DNA of 64,000 nt from Octopus vulgaris (GCA_951406725.2 OX597834.1:13454001-13518000); one strand, 5' to 3'. Shown: positions 38,881 to 52,952, numbered from the stretch's first letter. The notes: generated from the sequence alone by a model not told the origin. A program made the numbers and translations.

Positions 38881-39291
38881 GCGCAGGAGTGGCTGTGTGG
38901 TAAGTAGCTTTCTTACCAACCACATGGTTCTGGGTTCAGTCCCACTGCGTGGCATCTTGGGCAAGTGTCTTCTGCAATAGCCTCGGGCTGACCAATGCCT
39001 TGTGAGTGGATTTGGTAGACGGAAACTGAAAGAAGCCTGACGTATATATATATGTATGTGTGTTTATATGTTTGTGTGTCTGTGTTTGTCCCTCCCCATC
39101 GCTTGACAACCGATGCTGGTGTGTTTACGTACCTGTCACCTAGCTGTTCTCGCAAAAAAGAGACCGATAGAATAAGTACTGGGCTTACAAAGAATAAGTC
39201 CCTGGGTCGATTTGCTCGACTAAAGGCGGTGCTCCGGCATGGCCGCAGTCAAAATGACTGAAACAAGTAAAAGAGTAAAAGAGTAAAAGAG

Positions 39292-39292
<1 letters not shown>
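38881..39292 (+). mobile_element. SINE family A, full length
   Basis: Head to (GTAAAAGA)3 tail; inserted in a TA tract. Confidence 0.92.
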
Positions 39293-39355
<63 letters not shown>

Positions 39356-39393
39356 AGAGGGGAGAATGACAGAGGGGAAGAGAGAGATAATTG

Positions 39394-39588
39394 TATAGAA
39401 TACATTTATGATTAAGGGCACAGAAGCAACCATGCCTATATGCTGAAAATAGATACCAAACTTCTAGCCACTCAAAATCTTCACCTTACAATATACATAG
39501 GTTGAAACTGGGAAAAGTGGACTGACCAAAAATTTTCAGCATATAGGCCTAGTTATTTCTGTGCTGTTAATAATAAATGTATTGTGTA
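39394..39588. repeat. 57-bp imperfect inverted repeat with an 81-bp spacer
   Basis: Arm 39394-39450 (..aatacatttatgattaagggcacagaagcaaccatgcctatatgctgaaaat) pairs with 39532-39588. Confidence 0.85.
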
Positions 39589-39709
39589 GAATTTTATATC
39601 TCTATGTATGAATTTTACCTACAAGTTTTTTTATCTATTTATGGAACTGTATGGATGATTTCAGTTCACATGATCTAACAGCACTGGCCACACCATGAAT
39701 ATGTCCATG

Positions 39710-39822
39710 TAATAATAATAATAATAATAATGATAATAATAATAATAATAGTAATAGTAATAATAATTATAATAATAATAACGATAATAACAATAATAAT
39801 AATAATAATAATAATATTAATG

Positions 39823-39859
<37 letters not shown>

Positions 39860-40046
39860 CATCGAAAAAATACCTTAGGAATGAGAGCCCATGTTCGAAA
39901 TTTCGCCCAAAACACCTGAAGTAGGCTGGAGAGAATATACAGCCGAAACGTTGTGCTAACAACAAAGAAGATGATGAATAATATCCGTCGAATGCAACTA
40001 ATGTAAATAATGTACATAATTCCTCATCTCTTAAATATAGAACTGA
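39710..40046 (+). mobile_element. (ATA)n tract followed by a Penelope-like short repeat with a hammerhead-like motif (39913-39955)
   Basis: CAC-CUGAAGU-A-GGCUG...CAGCC-GAAACGUU-GUG layout. Confidence 0.55.
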
Positions 40047-40455
40047 ATGATTTTTCATTTAGATAATTATTTTTCAATTAGAAATTTATCTTAGATGTAT
40101 TCATGTAAATAATGTAAATAATGAAAAATCTTTCATTTTTATAGAATAAAGCTAAAGGGAGGTAATCGTGTAAAACATTGAAATATTAAAATATACTAAG
40201 AGCTCTCATTTTATCATAATCAGTCTCCATATATTGAAACACTGAATATTAAGACAAATGAACTTTTAAAATATATATCTGGTTATGAGATATAACATAC
40301 AATATATAACATATAACATATAACATATAGCATATAATATATAATATAATATTCCATAAAATATATATTATTTGACAATCAGTGAAATTATTGAAACGAA
40401 ATCTATATTACGAACATGATGCTAAGTTTATAATTATTATGTTACTGAAATACAC

Positions 40456-40512
<57 letters not shown>

Positions 40513-40567
40513 TATATATATGTGTGTGTGTGTGTGTGCGTGTATGTATATATGTATATACTTTATA

Positions 40568-40931
40568 GGCGCAGGAGTGGCTGTATGGTAAGTAGCTTGC
40601 TAACGAACCACATGGTTCCGGGTTCAGTCCCACTGCGTGGCATCTTGGGCAAGTGTCTTTTGCTATAGCCCTGGGCCGACCAATGCCTTGTGAGTGGATT
40701 TGTTAGACGGATGCTGTGTGTGTGCGTGTGTTTGTCCCCCTAGCATTGCTTGACAACCGATAATGGTGTGTTTATGTCCCCGTCACTTAGCGATTCGGCA
40801 ACACGAGCACGATAGATTAAATACTGGGCTTACAAAGAATAAGTCCCGGGGTCGAGTTGCTCGACTAATGGCGGTGCTCCAGCATGACCGCAGTCAACTG
40901 ACTGAAACAAATAAAAGAGTAAAATAGTAAA

Positions 40932-40933
<2 letters not shown>
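40568..40933 (+). mobile_element. SINE family A with an internal deletion removing the TA tract
   Basis: Head and tail intact; ttagacgg is joined almost directly to (TG)n. Confidence 0.9.
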
Positions 40934-40981
<48 letters not shown>

Positions 40982-41299
40982 GACATTTGAAATATCTATA
41001 TTGTAGAGGAGGACAAATGGAATGGCTAGAGTTTTGATTTACTAAATATTACCAATATTTATTCTAGTATGTGGGTTTCAAATGACAGTGGATGCAAAGC
41101 ACTACAACAGAAATTATAGAAAGGATGCTTTAAGGTGCAAAGAACATGTTTTGAAACATGATGTGAATTTATCCCCCTATCTCTCTCCGACTACCCCTCT
41201 CGTATCTTGCCCTGTATACACACATACACATATAATATATATATGTGCGTCTGCGTGAATATATATGTATATATATGTGTATATATAAATATATATCTT

Positions 41300-41332
<33 letters not shown>

Positions 41333-41415
41333 GTATATGCATTATATGTACATACACACACACACATATATATAGGTATGTGTGTTTATGTACATATATA
41401 TATATATATTATGTA

Positions 41416-41473
<58 letters not shown>

Positions 41474-41487
41474 TATATATATATGTA

Positions 41488-41578
<91 letters not shown>

Positions 41579-42717
41579 GGAAACAGTAATCTGAATAGTC
41601 ATAGATATCAACAAGCAGTAGAAAAATTAGTCGATTGCACGACATTGTATAATTTATTTCGGTCAAAAATTATAGCAACAATTTTGGAGTGTCAGCACAG
41701 TACCAGTTTTGCAAAAATCTCTGTGGACGATTGAAGGATATATTGAAATAAACTATGACAGATTAAAAGCTGTTTCATTCCTAAACGGAACTTAGAGAAG
41801 TGTTCACGAAAAGAGTTGTTATCAATAAATATTTGACAGAAATAAGGTCGGTGTGGAGAAGAAGTGTTAGAACGCTGGTAAGAGAAACGGGATTAGGTAG
41901 GGGAAGAAAAAGATTTGATTTAAAATTATATCAAAGCATTATGAATATGAACCACAAGTGAATGATGTGAACAGAATTTCGAGTGAATTTTTGTCTTTGT
42001 GATTTTAGAAGGAGTAGATTCTTAAATTTAGATTAACACATTTGAAACGGCTAAGCCTGACTGAATGAGTAGGCCATAGTCTCTTTGTTGGAAATTAAAA
42101 CGTGTGAGAGTAATTTGAAGGTCGCCATGTATAAAGTTGTGGCAGTTGAACATAAAAGGTATCGGAAAAATTTTTGGAGAAAAATTTAGCAATTCGGTTG
42201 AATGAATAAAGAGATGTGAATAGTTTTAATGTTCTTAAGGCAAATAAACTTATGAGAAACGTGTTATGTTCAATGTGCGCAATATATATCGTTTAATAAT
42301 TAAATAAATAACTTTAACTAGTTGATAAAAATGGCAATTTCAAAATAAATATAATAAGTCAAATTGGATAGAGTGAAGTATTATTTTAAATTGTCGAATA
42401 AGATACTAATAGCAGAGCAGGTAAAATTATAATTTAATACTGCCTCATATCTAACTAAGAACATTACGAAGACCTAATTGGGGACTAGTCCTTCACTTAC
42501 AAATTGCTTTATATGAAATAAATTCAAGTGACATAACTGGCTTAATTCAAACCTAGAGCAATTATGTATCTGAAAATTCATGAAATTACGTAATTCTATA
42601 TTTAAAGACTACACATGGCAGACACATATTTACACACACAAACACATACATGTATATATGTATATATATATATATATAATACATATAATACATATATATA
42701 TATATATAATACATATA

Positions 42718-42811
<94 letters not shown>

Positions 42812-43214
42812 GTATGTGTGTATGTATGTATGTATAACCGCATCAGTATTTCTGTACAGCACCTGGCAATTTTCATTTCACCAAATTTACCTAATTTACA
42901 TCTTATCACAAAAATTAATGTACAAATTCACTTTCCCTGCCATGTCTTCTAAAAATGTTTATTTTTTTATACATGTTTAAAAATTGGGAGATTTCCTCTA
43001 GTAATTTCGTGGTTTTCTTTTTGTTTTTTTTTTTAATATTGAATACATTTCTGAATTTCGTACACGAGAAATGAAATTACGCTGCTACCTTAACTACGAA
43101 ATATGTTCATTAACAAAGGCAGCAATTCTTAAAATTGGTTCCATATTTTCGATATGCATTTACAGTATGTTAAAACGACGTGTTTGCAGAATTTTTAGCT
43201 CATCGGATAAATGC

Positions 43215-43340
43215 CTAGTCGCATTTCTTCTGCCATTTCACTTTCTGAGTTCAAACACTACTGTACCTAATTTTACCTTTCTACCTTTCAGGGTCGATAA
43301 TATAAGTATTATTTGATCGTCAGGAGCAATGTAATAGATA
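43215..43340 (+). mobile_element. Degenerate SINE family C fragment
   Basis: ttctgagttcaaac...acctttcagggtcgataatataagta. Confidence 0.5.
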
Positions 43341-43573
43341 AACCTCCATGCCTCAAAACCCTTAACATTATTTACATCGTTTTAATTTATAATACAATAA
43401 CTTTTCCATGATAACTGCGCGCATCCAATATGTACTGACGTTATATTTGGCTTATAAATGATTAGAACACCGAATGTTGTATAACCATTACTAACTTTTA
43501 CTCGTCGTTGTTTCTATTAATTTAAGGTGGAGAAATCTAAACACACATCTCACTATATAGGTACCTATACATA

Positions 43574-43805
43574 AAGTGGCGAGCTGGCAGATACGTTAGC
43601 ACGCTGGGCGAAATGCTTAACGGTATTTCGCCTGTCGTTACGTTCTGAGTTCAAATTCCCCCGAGGACGACTTTGTCTATCATTCTTTCGGGGTCGATAA
43701 ATAAAGTACCAGTTTCGCACTGGGGTCAATATAATCGACCCAATCACTTTGCCTGTCCTTGTTTTTCCCCTCTATGTTTAGCCCCCTGTGGGTAGTAAAG
43801 AAATA
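43574..43805 (+). mobile_element. SINE family C, full length
   Basis: Head ggcgagctggcaga..gttagcacgc, B box gagttcaaattcc, central domain, tail gggtagtaaagaaata. Confidence 0.9.
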
Positions 43806-44550
43806 TATAGGCATCTATCCATGCACACACCTATATATATATTTTTCGTGTGTGTGTGTGTTTCAAAAATTTTATCCATTCTTATTGTTCATTCCCTTTC
43901 TTACTTCACCATATTTCAGATTTTTCTTTCGCCTGAAGCAATCATTCGCTTTTTTTTCTCCTCATTTCACAAAATCTCAAATTTTCTTTTTCTCACATCA
44001 CTACGTTTCAGGTTTTCCGTCTCCCTAAAAAACACATTCGTTTTTCTTTCTCCTCTAAAGATTTACATTAATACAATATTTCTCAGAGTTTGCGCCGAGT
44101 GTTGTACATTCTATTATTTCCCTCTGGTTAAACTATATTTATTTAGCGAAGAAATAAATATAATATGAACTATTTTATGGATATTTGAGAAAATCGCTAT
44201 TAAGTTGTCTCAGATGTAGCGTTATATAGTTTCGCGTGGATATACTAAGCCTGCGTTTTCCTTAACACATTTATTATGCAAAAATTTCAACAACTCGTTT
44301 GAACTATTTATCTCCATATGTGACTTATCGAAAGACAAAACACGCCATTTACAAGAAGAATTGTAATAAAAACAATGTTAAGAACAACAAGTTTACTACA
44401 TTATACGTTGCGAGAGAAAAACTTCGTAACAAATTATTAACAGGCGCTTCCTGATTAGAACGCTAATCTTCGATCTCGTCTTTATATTACTCATTACATT
44501 CTACATTCTCAAAAGACATATACATAGTACCGACTATATAGTACGATATT

Positions 44551-44968
44551 AAGGCGGCGAACAGGCAGAAACGTTAGTACGCCGGGCGAAAAGCGTAGCG
44601 GTATTTCATCTGCCGCTACGTTCTGAGTTCTTATTCCACCGAGATCGACTTTGCCTTTCATCCTTTCGGGGTCGATAAATTAAGTACCAGTTACGCACTG
44701 GAGTCGATGTCATCGACTTAATCCGTTTGACTGTCCTTGTTTGTCTCCTCTGTGTTTAGCCCCTTGTGGGTAGTAAAGGAATATGTATTTCGCCTGATCT
44801 TACCTTACTGAGTTCAAACTCCGCCGAGGTCGACTTTGCCTTTCATCCTTTCGGGGTCGATAAACTAAGTACTAGTTACGCACTGGGGGTTGATGTAATC
44901 GACTTAATCCGTTTGACTGTCCTTGTTTTTCCCCTCCGTGTTTAGCCCCTTGTGGGCAGTAAAGAAAT
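44551..44968 (+). mobile_element. SINE family C head-to-tail dimer within a single TSD
   Basis: Full monomer to ~44783, then a 5'-truncated second monomer; 14-bp TSD tatatagtacgata on both sides. Confidence 0.88.
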
Positions 44969-45422
44969 ATATATATAGTACGATACAGGAGAAGGCTTTA
45001 ATAAATGCTCTTTAGTCTATGCCATTGTTTAACACATTATAAAAGCATAAATGACACACAGCTAGTTTGGGGGTATTTTATTTAACAATCAGTGAATTCA
45101 AATTGACTTGTCATCACATTAATTCATATTGTTAAAAAAAATTTATTGAAACTAATAAAGTCATCCGTGACTTTATATACACATATAAATATATACATGC
45201 ATATAGAAATACATATATTCATATAAGTATGTACACATATAGTTAATCCAAGCATGAAAGAGAAAACACAGCGCGAGGACGTGGAATAAGTGTGGTGTCA
45301 TTGGAAGCTTTGTGCGTCAGTGAGCGTCTATAAATATATATGAGCGTGTTTGTGTGTGTGGAGTGTGTAATAATCTATCCATGTATCCTTCAATCCATTC
45401 ATTTATTTAAGCATCTATCTTG

Positions 45423-45457
<35 letters not shown>

Positions 45458-45473
45458 CATGTATATACATACA

Positions 45474-45516
<43 letters not shown>

Positions 45517-45766
45517 GTACTTATATATACATATATATATATACATCTATACGTATATATATATATATATATACATTAAACATATCTATATGTATATTAT
45601 ACATATATATTATATTATATTATATATATATATATATATATACATATGTATATATGCATCTATTACACATATACTTACATACATATAAATATATATGTAT
45701 AGCCAAGCGTAGACCTTTGCATGTAAACATCCATATTTACGTACGTATGTGTGTGCGTGTGTGTGT

Positions 45767-45807
<41 letters not shown>

Positions 45808-46194
45808 CTTGTCTGTTTGTCTCAAAAGTTGCTTTACCGTACACAGTGTGTGTCTGTAAAACTACGTATGAAATATACGAATTGAATTTTGTTTTAATGA
45901 GATCAGTATTGAAGTCAGAATTGACCTTCATTTAGTTTTGAATACTATATTAATCTGTTTACTTACTTTCGCGTCTACAATTTCTTCATATTCAAAGTTC
46001 ATTTGGAGAATGCTTTTGAAATATATGGTTTCAAACGATGTAAAGAACTTTGCCTGAGAGCAAGTAATTAAAATTGCACGCATCTCTTCGGGCTATGTTC
46101 TATGTTTGTATTCATATATAAATTATATAAATTAGGAGATATGTTTTCTTAAGAATTTTGCTTAGAAGTTTTATAGATAAATTTTATATTATAC

Positions 46195-46272
<78 letters not shown>

Positions 46273-46315
46273 TGTGTGTGTGTTCGTGTGTGTCGAAATA
46301 TATTTATTTATACTT

Positions 46316-46356
<41 letters not shown>

Positions 46357-46412
46357 TACATATGTATAAATATGAATATATGTATGTATATATATATATA
46401 CACATATACATT

Positions 46413-46443
<31 letters not shown>

Positions 46444-46454
46444 GAATATATGAA

Positions 46455-46501
<47 letters not shown>

Positions 46502-46758
46502 ATCAATATATATATATGTGTGTGTGTGTATGTATGTTTTTATGTATATTTATATTCATATATATAGCAGCGGGATGGGTGTGTATGTATATATACATGC
46601 AATCATAGACACAAGCATATGAATGTATACGTTTGAGCGTATACATATATATATATATGTACGAATATGCCGCACACATGCTAACTCACGCTAACGCACA
46701 CGCGTTCACGTAATCACGAACGCACACACACACAGATCCAGATAGATAGATATATAAG

Positions 46759-46810
<52 letters not shown>

Positions 46811-46888
46811 CAGTGAAATATAAACTTACTTATTTCCGAGATTGCTTGTTTACAGTCATAGATACATCCGCAAATTGATACAGTGATA

Positions 46889-46939
<51 letters not shown>

Positions 46940-46942
<3 letters not shown>

Positions 46943-47009
46943 ACTATGGACATACGTGTCTTAGTATATGTATGTGTGTATTTGTGTGAGCTCGTCATTT
47001 CGCTGTCGG

Positions 47010-47084
<75 letters not shown>

Positions 47085-47091
47085 TATATAC

Positions 47092-47145
<54 letters not shown>

Positions 47146-47227
47146 GTATATATATATATAACTATGGACATACGAGTCTTAGTATGTGTACGTGTGTATT
47201 TGTGTGAGCTCGTCATTTCGTTGTCGG

Positions 47228-47230
<3 letters not shown>
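46940..47230. repeat. Direct duplication of a ~72-bp unique segment, copies separated by (TA)n
   Basis: ataactatggacatacg(t/a)gtcttagta...gagctcgtcatttcg(c/t)tgtcgg(c/t)ta at ~46940 and ~47158. Confidence 0.9.
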
Positions 47231-47298
<68 letters not shown>

Positions 47299-47955
47299 AG
47301 TTTAATGGCTTCAGTATATTGTAGACATTTGTAAGATGTACCCAATTACTGTATTGTTTCGTGTAATTGCTGATCAACGGATGTTGATCTTTCCTGGATA
47401 GTACAGTGTCTGCTTTTCATAGAAACGAAATGGTAAAAATTTATATATCTTTATGACTTCTTTTATCATGCCCTAATTAAACAGCTATCTATCTGTGGGG
47501 AAATTTGACCAAAATTCTTAAGGGAATTGCGGAAGACGATGGGAGACTACTGCACGTTTCAGTTTTAGGAGGAGTGAAACAAACTTTTGAAGCCATGATT
47601 CACACTATGAATCTTCCGTTGACTGAGGCAGAGATATAACATGACATCGAAAATAACATTTTGGAAATCCTTATCAAATACCTTGGTGCAGCTTAAAACA
47701 TAAATACTGGTGCAAATTTTGTTATGCTAGCATGTTGTATTTCCAAACGTCATGACCTAAGAGATGTGTATGTGAATACAAAATGGCTGACGGTTAGTAA
47801 GGTGAGACACAAATAAGAAAGAAGAAAACAAAGGACCACTGATGCGGTCACAGGAGTGTGACGAAAGAACTCTGGCCGAAATAAGATTAAGAGTAATGTA
47901 AAAATTAAATAACACTGAAGCAAAATAACACCAAATATATAGTGCGTGTGTTTTT

Positions 47956-48056
47956 ATTGGCTAAACTGGCAAAATGGCCATTCCGAAATATAACAATATC
48001 TGTTTCAACACACGACTTCACATAAAAAGTGTTGCACAACAAATATTTAAACGTAT
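47956..48056. repeat. ~100-bp interspersed repeat, copy 1 (copy 2 at 59959-60059)
   Basis: Near-identical attggctaaac.ggcaaaatg.ccattccgaaatataac...caacaaatatttaaacgta in both copies; each abuts (TA)n. Confidence 0.85.
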
Positions 48057-48069
48057 ATATATATATATA

Positions 48070-48431
48070 TATATATATAATAAACGGTAAAATGTCTGTG
48101 TGCGTGTCCTTTATAAAAATCTACAATTTTTCACTTAGAGGGCTCGCACTTTCTATGGTCAATCAAGAGCCTCAAAGGGTGGTCATGCACATCTTTACAT
48201 TTCCCTAGTGACCCCGCAAAGCCATTAAACATCAATAGAAGTTACTTTTTTGTGAATTTTCTATCGAAAACCCAGTCAAAATGCCCGAAACTTGATACGC
48301 CAATTGAATGCCAGCTAGCTGTATGTGATTGGTCGAATATTTGGACAGTGCTCGCATGTATGTGCGCGCGAAGGCAGCTGTATATGCAGGCATAAGCAGT
48401 ATGACCCTGCGTTGCCGTGTCATAGTGCTAG
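48070..48431 (+). mobile_element. Non-autonomous Helitron
   Basis: 3' subterminal hairpin atgaccctgcgttgccgtgtcat followed by CTAG|T; 5' end tataataaacggtaaaatgtctgtgtg resembles the Helitron at 49456. Confidence 0.7.
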
Positions 48432-48804
48432 TATATATATATAAAGAAATAACAACAAATGGATTCCGGTTTACTATAGCTGTTCCATACGTGTTCTTTA
48501 CTGAGGGACAGAGGTATTATGTCATGAAAAATAATATCGTTTTCTTCTGGGGATTACAGGTGATAGTTATACATTTTGCACATATCAAGATCAAGTACGT
48601 AGTACCATATTATATTACTGACCTAACATCGGGGTTTTACTAAGTGCCTGCTTCTCTTGAATCCGGGATATAATATATATATAAAAGTGTCAATATGCTG
48701 TAATGAATTGACACTTATCCATTTTTATTATTCACTTATATTATACACACCTGCTCTGGAAACTGCACTTCGGAAGTATTATACAATATATCTTTATATA
48801 AAGT

Positions 48805-49191
48805 GCATGGATGGAAGCACTCCGTCGGTTACGACGACGAGGGTTGATCCGAATCAACGGAACAGCCTGCTCGTGAAATTAACGTGTAAGTGGCTGAGCA
48901 CTCCACAGACACGTGTACCCTTAACGTAGTTCTCGGAGATATTCAGCGTGATACAGAGAGTGACAAGGCCGGCCCTTTGAAATACAGGTACAACAGACAC
49001 AGGAAGTAAGAGTGTGAGAAAGTTGTGGTGAAAGAGTACAGCAGGGATCACCACCATCCCCTGCCGGAGCCTCGTGGAGCTTTTAGGTGTTTTCGCTCAA
49101 TAAACACTCACAACGCCCGGTCTGGGAATCGAAACCGCGATCCTATGACCGCGAGTCCGCTGCCCTAACCACTGGGCCATTGCGCCTCCAC
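48805..49191 (-). mobile_element. SINE family B, full length
   Basis: 11-bp TSD ttatataaagt at 48794-48804 and 49192-49202. Confidence 0.92.
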
Positions 49192-49396
49192 TTATATAAA
49201 GTATATTTCTTAACAAGAGACTACGGATTTACTTACGCAGGTTGATCGAGCTATCTGCATTCACTGCAACAGCCTCAGAGGGGAAAATTCTGTGTAGAGT
49301 TTCATGCACTACTGATATTTTCTAAGTGATCACATTAGTTCGTCCTAAAGGGCGCCTCAATTTAAGACCTAATTCAACTGAATCTATATTACACAG

Positions 49397-49427
<31 letters not shown>

Positions 49428-49455
49428 CACATACGCACATATATTTATATATATA

Positions 49456-49826
49456 CTAGCAGTATCGCCCGGCGTTGCTCGGGTTTGTAAGGGAAATAAC
49501 TATAAAGCATTTTTAGAGAGTTATAGCCAAAAAATGGGAAAAAAATGATGGTAAATTTTTTTTAGTTAAAAAGGTCGAGTTGCGTCCGCTAGACAGTCTG
49601 TGGTTTGTGTTTCTGATTCTCGACCCCATGTCGAATTTATCGATTTTTTTTCAGAACTGGGGGAACTTTTGAAAATTTTCGGTGCGTTAGTTTTGAATTA
49701 TGACATTGGGCTATGTGTGTGTCAAGTTTCATCAGAATCGGTTGAAAGCCGTGGTCAGGGTGAGGGTACAAGCAGACAGACACACAGAAACACACACAGA
49801 CAAACTGCCGTTTATATAGAGAGAGA
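49456..49826 (-). mobile_element. Non-autonomous Helitron
   Basis: Minus strand begins A|TC and ends with hairpin cccgagcaacgccggg plus CTAG|T; no TSD. Confidence 0.8.
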
Positions 49827-49962
49827 TATACATTTATATATATATATGAATAGTTACATATACAAATATATAGATATATAGATAGATAGATAGGTACATG
49901 CATAGATATACGTGTGCTTTGTGCATGTGTTTGCATGAGTGTACATGCATATATATTAGCGA

Positions 49963-50002
<40 letters not shown>

Positions 50003-51206
50003 GCAAATTAAATTTAAATATTGAAATGAATCTAACGTTGTGTATGTTTCTTAAATAGCTTATAAGCACCTTCCACGCTGCAGTTGTTTTCGTTCCAGTA
50101 CACGATCTCAGATCATGTCACTTGCTATGCAATTACATCTTCGTAATTATAATTTCCTGTGTTCGATAATGTCAACATGTGTTTTACCGAGTCGTTCTAA
50201 AGATCCTTTGAAGGATTTTTCTACAAATGTCCTGATGAATCTCTTGCATTAACCTTAAATGTTCCTAAGCGATCCTTATTACGAAAAGCGATCCAAATTC
50301 CGAAATTTCTTGACTGTTTTATGTTTTCATTAATGGAACCTAAAATATCTCGCATCATAATCTCGACACAACCACGTAAGAATATAAGAGGAACAATTGA
50401 AAGAAATTGAAATGTCCTTTCAAAATAAATTTCGTGTGGAGTATATGTAAACGTTTTATACTACAACATAAATCATCAACATCATTATTACTATCGTCAT
50501 ATTCATCACCATCGCGACAGTCGTCGTAATTGTCATTATTATCGTCTTCATGAATAACATTCCAATTATTAATAGTCCTCAGAGGAATAACTTTCAAATA
50601 AAACGTGTTTATAATGAATGCCATTGAAGAAAATGTATGAAGTGAGACAGATTCCATGCAGGAAGTCTCTCTATTAATCTACTTGCATTTATGATTCTGA
50701 TGTTTATGACAGAATCTGCATTCATTATGACAATGCGCGATCACTTGTTCTAACTTACATAACTGGAAATGTCATTAACGCTTGGCTGACTGAGTATTCC
50801 ACAGAAACGTGTAGTATTCTTGCAATCCTAAGTCCACATAAGCGTGATATTAATTTGACAAGGCTGGTCATTTGAATCACATGTACTGTTATTCCGACAG
50901 AATTCTCCATTTCATTCTACAGAATTTCTCTCACTTATTTGAGGTCACCCCGAGATTAGAGTAAAGGATATTTTCATAAGATTACTAAACGTGGATTCAT
51001 ACCCAGCACATAATTATGGCAAGGTGTAATTAGTGACCCTGCAACCATTCTTGCATCCATCTACATAATTCCTTTTACACTCATTCAATATATCACTAAT
51101 TTAAAATTTGTTTGGCAACAGCAATTATTTCATGGTTTTATCAACGCAGAATTTGCCGAGGAATGTCAGCCAACACCAAGTAATGGCAGCGGAGGGAATG
51201 CAAATA

Positions 51207-51600
51207 TCTCTTTTACTCTTTTACTTGTTTCAGTCATGTGACTGTGGCCATGCTGGAGCACCGCCTTTAGTCGATCAAATCGCCCCCAGGACATATTCTT
51301 TGTAAGCCTAGTACTTATTTTATCGGTCTGTTTTTTGCCGAACCGCTAAGTTACGGGGACGTAAACACACCGGCATCGGTTGTCAAGCGATGTTGGAAGG
51401 ACAAATACAGACACACAAACACGCACATACATATATATATATACATATATACGACGGGCTTCTTTCAGTTTCCGTCTACCAAATCCACTCACAAGGCTTT
51501 GGTCAGCCCGAGGCTATAGTAGAAGACACTTACCCAAGGTGCCACGTAGTGGGACTGAACCCGGAACCATGTGGTTCGTAAGCAAGCTACTTACCACACA
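51207..51600 (-). mobile_element. SINE family A, slightly 5'-truncated
   Basis: Reverse-complement match to family A. Confidence 0.9.
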
Positions 51601-52422
51601 AACATTTAATTTATTAACATCAATGCGCCATATATTTTCCAGAGGTTTGTGATATAGCTCTTTCCAATGGTCAGGCTGCTGTTCAAGGTGAGGAGGATGA
51701 GGAGGAGATTATGGAATTAGACAAGAGAATTCGCATGAAAGCTACGGTGAATCGCTTCGTTTGTGCGGAACACAGAACATGCTGACGAAAATACAAGCGT
51801 AAGTAAATTGAAGTATTTACGATAACTGAAGAAATACGTAATATGTATTGTTCATTCAATATCTATTCATGTAGGAGTAGAATACTGACAAGGACACACA
51901 AAGCCTCAGAGAATAGTGGGAAGGTGTTGAAGATATCTTCAATAGGGAGACCTAACCGGAAATATGTGCAATAGAGCGGATACTTGTATAAAAAGATGGC
52001 TAATGTAACTAAGTTTATCTCCCACAAAAAAAGAGCAGTGTAAATACAAAGCAGGAGACTTAAGGAGTTAATTGCATGGACAACATGGGTTAACACAGAA
52101 CAAGGAGAATTAACATAGAGCGCGTTGTAGAAAACGAATGACTCAGGTGGTAATTATCCCTCAAAGACATGATATACATGGTTCCTTGCTTGAATATTTT
52201 GAATCGATGGTCTGATTTTGACATTTCAAATTGGATGAAATATTAAGCGTCTTGTTCTTGCAAATTATAATTACTTATACATACTATACTAGACTCGCTT
52301 ATGGCATAATCATGCTCAGGGTAGATTTGCTGATGAACTAAAATTGAGGTAGCGGGTACAATGTATGGAGGGTCGTTACAATGTTGGATACAGTTACTTC
52401 CTGAGAAAAAGAGGGTTATATA

Positions 52423-52544
<122 letters not shown>

Positions 52545-52952
52545 CAGAGACACAGAGAGAGACAGACAGACAGACAGACAGAGAAGGTGGGTGTGAGAGG
52601 CAGAGGTAGACACATTTTGAGAAAAAAAAAGGCGAAAACAAATAAAAGGATAAGGCCAACACCCGAGAGAGCTGCATGATGCGAATGGTTGTCAGATGCC
52701 CATGGACTTGAAGGGAACACTTATGGCACTAAGCCATATCTCAATAAACAATCATCCAGGCTCTGATGCAAGGAATAATCATATTTGAAAAAAAAAAAAA
52801 TAGTCACTTGACTCGTTTTTTCGTTTTTGCAATTTTGGCTTCATTACTTCGGATACTTTTCATCTCAGCACACGGCTTAACTTTGGTTTGTTACGGCACA
52901 AACAAGACGAATGGGTACGCGAAGGAAAGAGATAAAAAAAAACATATATATA

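Noticed and set aside
51640-52160. Possible exon after ttttccag (EVCDIALSNGQAAVQGEEDEEE...)
   Set aside because: No recognisable domain; the frame closes quickly, and downstream traces look more like a decayed LINE.
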